A stretch of DNA of 63,699 bases, counting the filler, from Octopus bimaculoides (Eukaryota): NCBI RefSeq assembly GCF_001194135.2. It is 6 parts of 6 records of this genome, joined end to end, with 100 filler letters (N's around TTAATTAATTAA, not from the genome) between each part and the next. Parts side by side here need not be neighbours in the genome. Positions count along the whole stretch, not along the records: positions 1 to 4,808 come from NC_068996.1; positions 4,909 to 29,870 come from NC_068999.1; 4 more parts are not named here. One strand, written 5' to 3'. Position 1 is the first letter of the stretch; every line of letters starts with the position of its first letter. Shown here one piece after another: positions 1 through 13,785 of this stretch. Made by a program: the position numbers and the translations under genes. A model generated the notes under the pieces. The model saw only the letters and a program-made list of their open reading frames with translations, made no database searches and was not told the DNA's origin.

Positions 1-9
1 AATATCCCT

Positions 10-62
10 TCATCAGCTGTCTCTATTCTAACTTGACGTTTCGAAGATAAGACAGGACGTAC
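10..62 (-). ncRNA. Candidate hammerhead ribozyme, 5' portion (truncated by the window edge)
   Basis: Minus strand reads GUC-CUGUCU-(loop)-AGACAG-CUGAUGA-AGGG..., with a perfect 6-bp stem I placed directly between the NUH triplet and CUGAUGA. Confidence 0.4.
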
Positions 63-435
63 TCTAGAATAGTCTCTTCCTGAGTAGTGGATCAACCCAC
101 TACACAGAGGATTCCAAGGTGGCAAACACAAACCAAGACAGGAAAAATTGGACAGTAAAAACAACATTCAAAAGCCGTACGGCCAAACGCGAATCTGAGG
201 TAGAACGCTAGTAGTTCGTCTTGCCTTCACAGCGGCTGGAGTGAAAAGAAAGTTGACCACAGGTCACACGAGAGCAGAGAGGATGGTGGAGGGAGGAAGT
301 GGAACAAGGAGGAAGGGACAGAAGGGTATAGCAGTGAAGTAGAGGCCAGGAGAGAGGGATAGATAGAAAGATAGAGGAAGACAGATAGATAAATAGATAG
401 AGAGGATGGTGAGATATGAATATGTATGAATATAC

Positions 436-1481
436 AAGGTGGTATCAAAAGGTTTATGGACTAGTTATGTTTAATAAAAATTAACTTATTTACCTAAGTT
501 TTAACAGCATCTTCTTTGAAATAGTCACCTTGCACAGCAATACACAAGTTCCAGCATTCCTGCCACTTTTGGAGTCCAGCCTGGAAGCAATTTTCTGTAA
601 GTGAGAGGAGGATCTTCTGCAATTCACTCTTGATTTCGACAACAGTGTTAAAACAACAACCTTTCAGTTGCATTTTCATCTTGGGGAAAGATGGAAGTTT
701 GCAGGTGCTAAAACTTTACGATTAGGGTGGGTGCAGAAGCAATACCATATTTTTGGTGAGAAACAAGTGAGGAAAGTTCGGTGACAGGGTGCATTGTTGT
801 CATGAAGAATCCAATTCTTTGTATTCCACAGATCTGGTTGCTTTCACCAAATGTTCTCCCTCAAACACTTCAAAACGTTACAGTAGAACTCTTGATTGAC
901 ATTCTGGCCCTGGGGGATGAATTCTCGATGCACAATACCGGAGACGTCAAAAAGAATGAGGAACTGTAGCCCTTCCTCTCCATGCCTTCTTCAGTCATGA
1001 AGATGAAGGGCTCTTCCATTATGACGACTTCTGCTTTGTTTCAGGGTCATATCCATAGACCCAACTTTTGTCATCAGTGATGATCTGTGACATGAACGTG
1101 ATGTTCTTTCTGCCCAGTGGTCAGCAGGCAGGGGACATACTTAGCAGACATGCTGCATGTTCAATTCAGATGTTAGGATTGCCTACACAGACCCATACGA
1201 CAGACCAACAACATCAGCAATGTCATTGATTGTCCTCTGATGATCCTCATGCACAAGCTGACGAAATTTCTGCATATTTCCAAGGGTGACACTTGTGGCA
1301 GGTCATCATTTTCCAGGGATGTTCTTCTACTTTTGAAGCACCAGTGCTACTCAAAACATTGCATACGACCCATTGCCTCATCACTATAAGCTTGCCAAAG
1401 CACACTCAATATCTCTGTAGCAAACTATCTCAGTTTAATGCAAAATTTCATGTTTGCTCTTTGTTCTGATTTGCTGTTCAT
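436..1481 (-). mobile_element. Decayed mariner transposon (transposase pseudogene about 494-1481)
   Basis: Manual minus-strand translation gives EQRANMKFCIKL, ITDDKSWVYGYDPETKQ, FFDVSGIVHREFIPQGQNVNQEFY, WILHDNNAPCH, and FPKMKMQLKG...WQECWNLCIAVQGDYF, with many stops and frameshifts. A TIR-like tacaaggtggtatcaaaag lies near 433-455. Confidence 0.88.
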
Positions 1482-1827
1482 GACAAAATTGCAAACTACA
1501 GCATACATGTGATCACAAAAACCAAATTTCACAACTTACAAAGTAAACACAGTGATGTCACTTGGCACACTGCTTCATGAAAGTCACAGCTAGCTCTCAC
1601 TGTGCACACACCATATGCTGCCATCAATACAAATTACAAAACATATATAATAAAATAAGTTTGCATTTTGAAGATTTTGAGTGAAATATCATCAGGGCAA
1701 AAGAACATTAAGGAAGTTACATGTTGATCGGTCGAGGCATTCTAACAGACTAAGTAGATGAAAGTATGTTTAGTTATTTGCATGTGTGTGCGCGCGCGCG
1801 TGCGTTAATATTTTTCTTAAAATATAA

Positions 1828-3058
1828 TATCAGGTCATTAAGAACAAAATGTTTGATTTTGAACTGAAAGCACTGTAGTTAATCGAAGTATGCACCTAAA
1901 TTATCAACACAATATTGTCATTTTATTGGTAGCTTCTTTATGCCAGCAGTGAAGAATTCTGGAGAGCAAGAGGTGATGGAATCACAAAAGGCTGTTTTTG
2001 CATCTTCTTCAGATTTGAAGTTTTACATTGCAAAAGTTGTCTAATACCTGGAAAACATGATAGTCAGTTGGTGCAAGGTCTGATGAATATAATGGATGAC
2101 AGAGTACTTCCGAGTTCAGTTCCTGTAACTTAAGTAGCATTCTTTGTGCAACATATGGTTGAGCATTGTCTTGCAAGAGAATTGACCTATCTCTATTGAC
2201 CAATCTAGGTTGTTTAATTGCAAGTTTACTCATCATTTCATCCAGTTGATTGATGTATACATCTGCTGTAATTGACTTACCAGGTTTCATGAAGTTGTAG
2301 TGGATGAAACCAGTGCTGGACCACCAAACAGACATCATTAGCTTTTTTTGGTGAATATTCTCTTTTGGATTGTGTTTTGGCACTTCGTTTCTATCCAACA
2401 ACTGTACAGAACACTTGCTAATGTTGAAAAGAATCCATTTTTCATCACACATAACAATACAATACAAAAATCATTTGCTTTTATGCCATAACAGTAAAGA
2501 ACAGCAAGTTTCAAGATGACATGTCAGTTGATGCTCATTCAGTTCATGTGGTATCCACTTGTCCAGCTTCTTTACCTTGCCGATTTGTTTCAGATGGTCC
2601 AATACAGTTGGAATCGAAATATCAAACCTTGCTGCTAACCCATGCATAGTTTGAGATGTATTCGCTTTCACTACAGTTTCCAGCTAATCATTATCCACCT
2701 TGGTCTCAGGTTTACAACAGGGCTGATTTTCAAGAGTAATGTCATAAAGTCACCAGATTGGAACTTCTTAAATCATTGTGTGCTCATTCACCACATTTTC
2801 ACCAAATACCTATTGATGTTTCGAGCTGTCTGGGATGCATTGGTTCCACAACAGAACACATATTCAAACACATGAATTTTTGATTTATCCATGGGTTCAG
2901 CAAAATTGATTTACAAGAGAAAACTCACAATATAATCAGACACCATGAATTGCATTTCGAAAAGTGATGATGTAAAACTTCCATGTTATAAGACAAAGAA
3001 TGGCATAATTTCATTTTGACTAGAATTCTATAGACATACTTCTTGGTAATTTCAATGA
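1828..3058 (-). mobile_element. Decayed mariner (DD34D, Hsmar1/cecropia-like); transposase pseudogene 1879-2892
   Basis: ORFs 2471-2671 (KLDKWIPHEL) and 2009-2467 (CDEKWI...VWW...LLQDNAQPY...HPLYSSDLAPTDYH), with 34 residues counted between the last two Asp. Start MDKSKIH at 2892 and end GAYFD* at 1879. Confidence 0.93.
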
Positions 3059-3193
3059 GCATGTGTTGTCTTGTCGACTGTCAGCTGTGTGGTTGTCAGC
3101 TGCGTGCTTGTTCTATATGACATATCGAAGTGGAAAGAGGAAGCTAATGGGTTGTACGTCTGTTTTTGTGCATGTGTGTGTGCATGCTTGTTC

Positions 3194-3237
<44 letters not shown>

Positions 3238-4269
3238 CGTGCATGCTTGTTCTGTTTTTATATATTTATGTGTGTGGAATGTAGATATAACAAAAACAAT
3301 GTCACATCAAAGGACTGAAATCAAAAAGCAGAAATATTGCAACATGCATGGATAAAAGGAAAAAATGTAAATTAACACTTACTATTGATGAAAGGAAATG
3401 TGAAGGAAAGAAATATAAATGACATTGATTTCTATTATTTTTAAACCTAAATTAAACAAGATATGTGGGACTGTACATTGGATTTTATGAAATTCATAAT
3501 ACACACACACATATACAATCACGTGCATGCTCAGACACACACACACACAAAACATGTACAACCCATTAACTTCCTCTTTCCACTTCAATATGTCAAAGAG
3601 AACATGTATTAATATATTGACATAGGACTGGGGATAGGAATGGGAACAGAACTAAAATCAGAACAAAACAGGGAATGGGAATGGGACATGAAACAGTGTA
3701 ATAGGAATGGGAACTGGAAATAACCCCTGCTTTTCCAGGTATTACTGGGTAATTCAGTTATTAGTATATATGTATATANNNNNNNNNNNNNNNNNNNNNN
3801 NNNNNNNNNNNNNNNNNNNNNNNNNNNNNNNNNNNNNNNNNNNNNNNNNNNNNNNNNNNNNNNNNNNNNNNNNNNNNNNNNNNNNNNNNNNNNNNNNNNN
3901 NNNNNNNNNNNNNNNNNNNNNNNNNNNNNNNNNNNNNNNNNNNNNNNNNNNNNNNNNNNNNNNNNNNNNNNNNNNNNNNNNNNNNNNNNNNNNNTTAACT
4001 GCATACTTTTATTTCCAACATATGTTTCGAAGATTACAAATTATACCTTCCATAAGAATCGGCGATGTTAAAAATGTAATCTTCTCTTCAGGGAAATGCA
4101 TGGGAACCAGCTTAAACGTAAGACATTTTAACTGAATATAAGAACTATAGTTGGAGAAGGTTATAACGTAATTTATTTGAAAAGGCCGTTGGAGATTAGG
4201 ACGCTACCAGATAGTACGTTGGACAAGAAGGGAAGAAAAGAAAGAAAGAAAAAAGAAAGAAAATTCAGA

Positions 4270-4808
4270 GTGTAAGGTTGGGAGATAATAATATCTTCAA
4301 TAAGGAAGCTGACTTTTACAACTCTGCTTTATTAAAAGCAGGGTATAGAAAAAAAGTTAGCTATATTAATTCTACTTATGAAACCGATTCCCGTAGTAAT
4401 AATAATAATAATATAGATTTTAATATTAACAGCAACGATAAATACAATTATCATTCTCATCATAAAACTTTTGACGATAATAAGCAGCCAAACATTTCTT
4501 TACGTTATAGGGGAAGTAACCGCCAGTTTAAACCCTTTTTCAATAATAACAATAATAAATTGAAACTATTTAGAAATAATAATAGCAAACATTCTAAACC
4601 AGAATCTGATAAAAATATTTGGATGATAGTACCTTTTGGTAAAAATGTAAAATCAAACTTGGTTTCCCAGTTCCAAAATGCTATTAATAAGAATTTTCCA
4701 AAGCATTCTCATTATTTCGCAGTCATAAATACGCACAGGGTTAGATTCGGTTTCTCTAACACGAAAAACATCTCACAAATAATATCCGCACACAATTTGA
4801 GACTTTTA
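4270..4808 (+). mobile_element. Penelope-like element fragment (RT-to-GIY-YIG linker, Neptune-like)
   Basis: IFNKEADFYNSALLKAGY...NIWMIVPFGKNVKSNL...INKNFPKHSHYFAVINTHRVRFGFSNTKNISQIISAHN resembles the PLE linker IWFNPPYSxNVxTNIG...KHFPK...IISSHN (recalled motif). The frame stays open until the gap. Confidence 0.7.
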
Positions 4809-4908
4809 NNNNNNNNNNNNNNNNNNNNNNNNNNNNNNNNNNNNNNNNNNNNTTAATTAATTAANNNNNNNNNNNNNNNNNNNNNNNNNNNNNNNNNNNN
4901 NNNNNNNN
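4809..4908. other. Synthetic contig join (44N + TTAATTAATTAA + 44N)
   Basis: The identical 100-bp construct occurs five times in the window. Confidence 0.95.
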
Positions 4909-6267
4909 ATTCTTGCACTTTCATTTCATTCTCTCTCTCTCTCTCTCTCTCTTTCTCCCTCTCTCTCTCGCGCACACAATCCACCTTCATCCCCGCAACA
5001 TAACATTCTCTCTGCCTTCTACATCTTCCTGTTCCTTCTTTCTCTCTCTCACTAAAATCTCTCTTTCTGTTTCTTCTATCTCCCTCTCACTCTTCCATCC
5101 TCCCTGTCTCCGCCCCCCCCCTATTACTGTTTATTTTTGTTACACTTTCTCATTATCTAAGAACAGATTAAGATATTTATCACATATTTTCTCAGTTTAG
5201 AAACTTCTAAGAAATAATGGTTTTCTCTTTCTGTAATTCTTTAATTGTGGATGTGTTCATAGATGTGTGGTCAAGAAGTTCTCTTTGCAGCCATGTTCTT
5301 CAAAGACTGACCTCTGGCCAAACAGAAGCACCTTGAGTTAACAAGTGGGTCTCTACTGAGCCAAAGCTCAACCAAATCAGTGCTAGCTTAGAAGTAAAAA
5401 AAAGAAGAAGCACATAGGATGATGTATACCTAGATACACTAAAGCCTGAATGGTCATTTCAAGAATGCTTTTGAAGATAATTCTCTCAGATTAGAGCTGA
5501 GTTCTTGGAATGGTCAGCCCAAGACTATAGTAGAATTCTCTTGCCTAAGATGCTGTGCAGTGGGACTGAACTCCAAACCACATGGTTTCAAACCATCTTC
5601 TTCACTGCACAATTATGCTTGCATGTAAAATATCACTTTTTTTAATATTTAAAATGGTAATATAAGTATGATTTTGCTATTATTTTTAGCAGGCCAAACA
5701 CTGACATGAATATTTTACTATTTACCATTCTATATTTCTGCATTTCCAATAAATAATCCTTGTTTTTTCAGAGTTAAAAACGATTAATAAAACTCTCAAG
5801 CCCTTCCATTCAGTAAAAACTATTTCAATATCAAAATACTGTCGATGGTAGATAATCAATTTATTCGATTTTAAATTAAAATAAATAAAATTAAATCTAA
5901 ATAATAAAAAGTAATTTGCTATATTCTAAGACATTATGGTATTTGTACTCTTAAGCTCCTCTTTAGAGATATGAAACCTCTTTATTCTAACTTTTATCTT
6001 CATGGACATTAAACAATGTAGTCTTAGATAGACCATGTTTAGATAGAGTTAGTATTTTCTCTTCATTAGGTTTCATTTTTCTAAATATATTATTAGTATA
6101 AGACTGCATTCAAAGTAAAAAAGAGAAAAGAATATAATTTAATGAACGTAGAATGAAGGATAATACATCAAGTTAGAGTAATAGATTGTTCTTTATCTCC
6201 AAAACAACAACACAAAGAGATGCACAACAGCAGCAGATTAAAGCAATTGAAATGCAGAACGCGTCTT

Positions 6268-6627
6268 TTATTTTTTTACTTTTTTCAGTTGTTAGTCTGT
6301 GGCCAAGCTGGGGCATGTCTTGAAGGATTTAGTAGAAGAAATCAACCCTTGTACTTATTTTCAGTCAGTCTCTTTTCTCAAACCACTAAATTATGGGGAC
6401 ATAAACAAACCAACACTAGTTGTCATACAGAGATGAGGCAAACATAAACACAGACATATACAAACAGACATATAAGCCAGGCTTTCACACAGTTTCCGTT
6501 TACCAAATTCATTTGTATGGCATTAATCAACCTTGGGCTCAAACAGAAGATACTCAAACTGCTTTGCTGTGGGACTGAACCCAAAGCCATATGATTGCAA
6601 AGCAAGCTTCTTATGGACACAGCCAGG
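6268..6627 (-). mobile_element. SINE family A copy, CpG-decayed
   Basis: Same head and tail blocks as 43928-44374. Confidence 0.75.
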
Positions 6628-9043
6628 CTTTAAATATTTGAAATAAATTTTTCCTCTTCCAAAACGAGATGAAACAGGCTGGAAAAGACAAAAGGATAAT
6701 TTTAGTGAAAACAACTCATCCTCTACATTTAAATTGTTGAAAAACCGTATTTTCCTAGCAAGACTGCAGGAAATTTCAAGGTGGGTAACTTATCATTGAT
6801 TATGTGACATTAAGTGGATAGAATCTCTACCTGAAGTAACCTTCACATATCATCTGTCTGTTAAATGAAGCAGAGTATTGGAGAATTAAGTGTTGTGAGA
6901 CCTTAACTCTCGTGAGATGCTCACAGTTCAGATCAACTTGTCTGTTTGACATGTGGCTCTTGTAAGGTTCAAGACTTGAATGTTCATTGAGAAAACTCAA
7001 TCAGAGAAATGTCAGTGTTTGATACACTAATTTCTTCTGAGAAGGAAGGATGATGACTGACCATAGAGTAAGGATGCTAATTCTAAGAACTAAAGTTTAT
7101 GCAGGTTTTGAATTATACCTTTTAATATTCTTCTTGATTTTAATTTTGACTAAATAGGGATTTATGAAAATGTTAAAGAATCTAACCAGCCTAGAGGAAA
7201 CAGAGACTCTTATTTAAAATACAGGACTTCAAATACTGTAGTTCTAGATATCCTGCACCTTAAAAGAATATGGAATGGACAAATGACACAAATATCTGTT
7301 TATTATCTGAACCTGTTAAAAATAGTAGTCTTTAAGAATGATTTGCAGACAATCATTGAAAAATTATTTAATACCTTGACACATATATTGATTATTGCCA
7401 TGGAATGTCTGTGTGGCTTAGCCCAGCTTTCTATGCAGATAAGGTGAGGGCTCTTGGGTAAGAATTATACTCAATAGCCATAAGTCACAGGTTTTGAGGA
7501 GAGAGAGCAACAACATGAAAAATTTAATGATTATGGCAATGCTGTTGTTGAATGTGATGATGAGGATGACAAAGATGGTGATAGGGTAATGGTGATGGTG
7601 ATAATGACAATGATAATGATGGTGGTGCTGATGGTGATGATGATATTGATGATGATGTTTTGATCATAATACATATTTGTAGACTTCAACCACCCACACA
7701 TTTCACCATATAAAAACAAAGCAATGATGTTAACATGAATGGAAGGAGATGCCATATCATTACATACATTAACTAAGAATTAACAAATATTTTTGAATAT
7801 GCTTCTGTTTATTTTACATTCGCTTACAGGCATGGGATTCTGTGTTGAATATATGAATATAAAATGTGTGTGTGCATACGTGCATGTGTACATATGTATG
7901 TGCGTGTATGTATATATATGCATTTGCATGGCATGTGTGTGTGTGTGTGTGTGTGTGCATGTATATATCTATATGTATGTATATTTATGTATATATTTAT
8001 ATCTACACATACACACACATATATACATATATACAGGTATATATATATATATGTATGTATATGTATATATTTATATATACATATATATATACAGGTATAT
8101 ATATATGTATATGTATATATTTATACAGGTATATATATGCGTACATATATGCATGTATATAAAGAAATAATATATTTATGTAAAACATATTTAGGAAAAA
8201 AAGGAAAGACAAAAGGTAATGGCGAATATTTAAAAGTGTATTTAATTAACATGAAAATGAGAAGAAAAACAAAATACAAAACAATTATTAAAAGAATAAA
8301 ACAAAAAAATATCTATGGTACACATGGGCTAAATATATAAAGCAATTATTGAACTTCATGGCTTTTTAAAAAAATTTTTTATATTCAGCAAAGATCTGTA
8401 TCACTGATAGATTTTATTAAATCTAAACTGATATTAAATAAAACCGTCTTTTGATGCTATTGTAAGTTAGGATTAAGTGTAGTAGTTATTTGGTTGTTGT
8501 TGTTGTTGTTGTTGTTTTACCTTCTTCTTCCTCTTCAATTCATAGATAGAAAATTAAAATAAAAAATGGAAACAATAAACAAGAAAAAAAACATTAGAAA
8601 AACGAGGAAGCAGAGATAGAATATTGAATCATACATTATGAATTTAAACATGAATTAAAAATCAGTTTTAATGTAGACTAACATATATCTAAAAGACTTG
8701 TTTAACCATTTGGAACACAAAGCAAAAAGCAAAACTGTTAAGCTGAGCATAGAACAGCATAACACTGCAGATCACAGCACGGAAATAGCATATTGAGCAG
8801 AGTTCAAGTTGTAAAACAAAGAACAGAACACATACAATTTCAAATATATATATATTGTATGTACGTATGTGAGTGAGTGTATATACAGGGAGAGAGGGGA
8901 GCTACATTGCTTTGTACTGAGTCATTGTGGTGCAAAATATTGATTGCATCTGATTGGGTTGAAGTGTTGGGAAGAGACTGATGGAAAAAGTGAGAAAGTG
9001 AAACAAGCAAATGACCTTTTGTTTGAATGAGTTTTTTTTTGTA

Positions 9044-9074
<31 letters not shown>

Positions 9075-10517
9075 AAAGAGTGAATTGCAAGATAATTAGA
9101 GATGCAGTGATATCTCAAGATTTGCTATATCTTTATTTTCTTCCTTCTCCCCTTCATATTAATGTTTAAATCTCCATATTATTTCTGCCTCTGTCTCTTG
9201 CATGTTTGCTTTAACTCCCACTCTTATTCTCACTTAAAATCCTTTCTCTTACTTATTCTCCCTCTATTTCATCTCTTTTCCTCTAATGTTTTTTTCTGCC
9301 TCTTCCCTGTTAATGCCTTTCTCTCTTTACTCTTCATTACTCTCTATATCTTTCTCTATTCATCATCATTAACATGAATATCACAACAATTACCTCCACC
9401 ACCATTACTACTATAACAGGCAAATGCCTCCTCCTTACACTATTTTAGGTACTTCCTTAGCGTGACACAAAAAGTAGGTAGAAATATACGATTGCATTAA
9501 AAGTTATCTATGCTCATATAACACATGCGGGCGCACACGCGCGCGCACACACACACATGCACACACACATACAATGACCATAAAAGGGTAGAAACAATAT
9601 TCCTGCATATTCTGGATTTAATTCTCTGGTGGTAGCAGATCAAAACATGTGGTCCATGAGCAAGTAATCCACTATTTCGTTCATCTCTACATCAAAGGCT
9701 CCACATGTACATCACATGTTGCCCCTCTTATCACCGTCCTCATGCAAGTGATGCTCACACACTGTTACATTGACAGCAACATTATTAAGCACCAGCATGT
9801 AAATTAATTTTTGGTTGAATTATTTCTCTCAGACAAGAAAAAATAAATGAAATAACATAAAATAATTTTATTTTCTTGTTGGCTATTAATTTCTCTTAAT
9901 CTGTCATTTCATTTCTACATTCTATCTCTTGCCCTCCCTCCCACACCTCATTTTTCCCCACTTCCTTCTATCTCCTCTCTCCTCCACTCTCTTTCTTTTC
10001 ATCCTGGCAGTATTGTAATAAGTTATTTCAATCACAAACAAGAAACTAATCCCTGTGTGATTGCTCAAGGCTTCTGCAATGAAACTTGATAGAGATTAGA
10101 GGATACAAAAGATAAAGAAAAAAAAAACAACCTAAATAAACAAAACAAAAAATAATAATAATAATTTGGAAAATTCGATATCATAAAATTACGTTAATAT
10201 TTCCTCAACATACACTTTGGAGGTTGTAGCAGTAAGCTTTTGACTTCATAAATGTTAGCACTCATAAAAAAAGAAAAAGAAATATTTATTTAGTTGAGAC
10301 TCAAATATTGATGAAATGAAAAATGAAATAAACTAAAAATATATAAACATAAGCAGATATTCTTAATCCCAGCATCAATAATCAAAAATATATTATTGAT
10401 GTCTTAAATCATTTCCACTGTCTTAGATGACTCGGAATTATAATGAGACGAGCATGGAAAATAGTTTTTTCTTTCTGGTTGTAAATCAGAATGGAGATAT
10501 GATATATACATGACTGA

Positions 10518-10519
<2 letters not shown>

Positions 10520-10577
<58 letters not shown>

Positions 10578-10579
10578 GC

Positions 10580-10638
<59 letters not shown>

Positions 10639-10790
10639 TTATAGAAAGACAGACATATGTATGTATATACATAGATACACATTCATATTTACATACACAT
10701 ACACACACACACACATATATATATATATGTACATACATATGTGTATGTGCACATATATACATATATATGCACACACACACACCACACATA
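10520..10790. repeat. (CA)n-(TA)n compound microsatellite
   Basis: Direct reading of the sequence. Confidence 0.95.
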
Positions 10791-12379
10791 ATGTCTATGG
10801 GTTATGAAATCTAATATTCATATGAAAATATTTCAAATTATTTTGCATTTATTATTTCAGAGAAAATTAATTCACTGCAGATATTTAATCTAATAATAAT
10901 AATAATAATAATAATGATTATTATTATTATTATTATTATAATGTCCTGATTTGTTTACACATTAACTTCAACTTCCATTGCTTTTGTTTTCATTACTTTA
11001 TGAGATACAGCTGTAATAATCGCTTTGCGATATGTGTGATAATTATATTTAAAAAAAAAAGCAAAAAAGCAAATGAATAATTAAAAAAACAAAATGATTG
11101 ATGATTCTTTTGTAGAGTTAGTCCAAAGCCGTAGATCAGAAAAACATAAAAAAAAACCAGAAGAAATAATTGTAAATGAGTTGCAATTATAATGTCGCAC
11201 ATTTTGATAGCATTGAATATATTATCATTGCATAACTACAGTTTTACAGCATTTGGTGGAGTCATTTTCGTGCTGGTTGCAAAAAATGTTTTTATTCATA
11301 TTTTTTTTGCTGTTGCAATTTTTTTTTTATCTCTTGATATAGAATTTACTTTAAGCGCTTACAATATTCATGAATGAACTTTGAATAAGCAATAAACACG
11401 TCTATATTGCATCATTAACATGCAATAGTTTAGAGATGGCCTTCTGTGGACACATCAGTAAGCAGCATGGATTAGGTATATTTACAAGACTGAATGGTCT
11501 CTTTCAATGACTTTCTCTCATTTTACTGTGATCTCATGTCTATTGCATTACCCTTTAGCATGTTTCATGGATTTGCATAATCGTCTTTGTAAATACTCTT
11601 CCTCTCTCTCCTTCTCTCTGCCTCTCTCTCCTTCTCTCTGCCTCTCTCTATCTCCCCTTGTCTCTCTTTCCCTTTCACTTTCACCATGACTGCTTATGCT
11701 TTAACATAATCACCTCCATGGATGTAATGCCTCCCTCTCACATGTTAGTATTTTTTCTTTACTTTCTTCCAGTTTACTTTTCATTCATTTCAACTTCAGA
11801 ATGCTACATCTCCCACCACTCTCTCTCCCTCTCCATTTAATTTCTCATTCTTCCCTTCTTACTCTCTCTTTACTTTTCCCAGCTGTGTGATATTGAATCC
11901 TCAAATGAGAACTGACACAACACATAGCTAAATGCCTAATGTCATGTTTGCCATAAGTTAGCCATATCTATTAACCCAAGCAGTGGCTGGCAAATTGAAT
12001 TAAATGAGAAATTCTTGTAACCTGTATAACAGAAGATAGATGACAGGTTGATGACACATGCTATAAAAAAAAAAATTCAAAAAGAACAAACATTGTTGAG
12101 CAAAAATAAAAATGCAAAAGGTCTTTTTTTTTTTAATTCAATGAAATAGAATTGACATGGGATGATGGAAATATTTTGTTTTAATTTTGTTGTACAAAAT
12201 CTAATTGGAATAATAGGTGTCTTCTAGAAATGATGCGCAAAATAAGTGTTGCACTCAGATATAATACTTGATTGAAATGGTCTGGAACCAGTAGAATTTT
12301 CCACAAATAGTCATTTCTTTGTTTGTATTTTATTGGTGTGTACATGCACACACACACACACACACACACACGCACAAAT

Positions 12380-12545
12380 GTCAGGCTTCTTTTAATTTCT
12401 GTCCACCAAATTCACTCACAAGGCTTTGGACGACCCTTGGCTATACAAGAAGACACTTGCTCAAGGTGTCATACAGTGGGACTGAACGTGGAACCATGAG
12501 GTTGGGAAACAAACTTCTTACCACACAGCTATACCATTGCCTATA
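12380..12545 (-). mobile_element. SINE family A 5' half
   Basis: ccaaattcactcacaaggctttgg...gacacttgctcaaggtg...cttcttaccacacagc. Confidence 0.75.
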
Positions 12546-13540
12546 TATATAAAATGTTTGTATATGTATGTATGTATGTATTATATATGTATGTATATGT
12601 ATGTGTACATGGGTGTGTGTTTTTGTGTCTCATTGTTGTGACGTTGCTCAATAATTGCAAATGTGTAATGTTCTTTGTTTCCAATTTTATGTGGGACCTT
12701 TTATTGCCATGGGACAACTGTACTATTTGATCCATGCATGTCAAATCACTTCTGATTTTATAAGGAGCAGGGCTAACTCTCTTAATTTCAAAAGGTGACT
12801 CACTGATCACTTAAATTCCTAAAAAAGATTATTTCAATTTAAAACCTAACTGGGAATATCTATAATAAAACAAATATTATAACACATGTTTTAAAAGCTC
12901 TAGTAAAAACCGGTTGCACAAAAATTCTTTCCACCATGGCTGTATTTATCCATTTGTTTTGTTTTTGTTTTGTTCTTTATTTTATATAATATAATTTTTA
13001 AGTTGAGAAGATATATTCTAATAATATTATAACTGAAAGAAGTTTTTCTGAAAACCGATGTTGTAGCACAAAACTCCATGGTTAGTTTCAGAAAGTCTAA
13101 TTTTTTGAATATCAGAGAAAATAAATCATAAAAATAGAGAAAGCTATTAACGGTGATATGGGAAGGAGATTCATCTTCAGACTTTGTAAGATGAAGCCAC
13201 AATTACATCACATAGACTGATTAAAGTAGATTTCAGTTAGAGAATCTTGAAGGTAAGGATATGGGAAGAAACCTTGGGAAGTTAGAAGATAATTTAAAAG
13301 TTTTAAGGTTTAATTGGAATACTATTTGAAGTGATGTATTTTAATGTTGACTGCAAGAAACTTGAAGCTCATGTAATGAGTTTGGAAATTAACATTTTTC
13401 AAAGTTTCTTTTTTCCTTGCAAAATTTCAACTTCATAAATGTAATGTTTTTTCCTGTATTGCAAGAGAAAGAAGACTAGAGAAAGGTTTCGAAAGTAGAT
13501 TTAAAAATGGAAATCATTCAAATATAAATGAATTGCAATG

Positions 13541-13575
<35 letters not shown>

Positions 13576-13607
13576 AATAATGATAAGGATAATAATAATT
13601 AAAATAT

Positions 13608-13785
13608 AATCTTCCAAGGTGACTCGTTTTCTCCGTTTCAATTTGTAAATGCACTAATACCCATAACAATGAGACATAGAAAAGTTAAGATGGGTTACCG
13701 ATGTGGGAAGGAAGGCCCATCATTAAACCATCTTCTGTTTATGGATGACATGAAATTGTTTGGGAAATCTGAAAAACAAATTTTT
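13608..13785 (+). mobile_element. Dong/R4-like LINE reverse transcriptase fragment
   Basis: Translates as IFQGDSFSPFQFVNALIP...GYRCGKEGPSLNHLLFMDDMKLFGKSEKQI, containing the QGD-SP and FMDD RT motifs. Confidence 0.8.

Noticed and set aside
4853-4864. TTAATTAATTAA as a biological motif or piggyBac TTAA site
   Set aside because: It is always centred in exactly 88 N, so it is an assembly spacer.
7793-8340. Long overlapping ORFs rich in Y/I/C/V/H/T (also at 25-26, 30.6-34.5, 38.8-39.6, 58-61 and 62.9 kb)
   Set aside because: They are translations of (TA)n, (CA)n and (GATA)n microsatellites or of N gaps.
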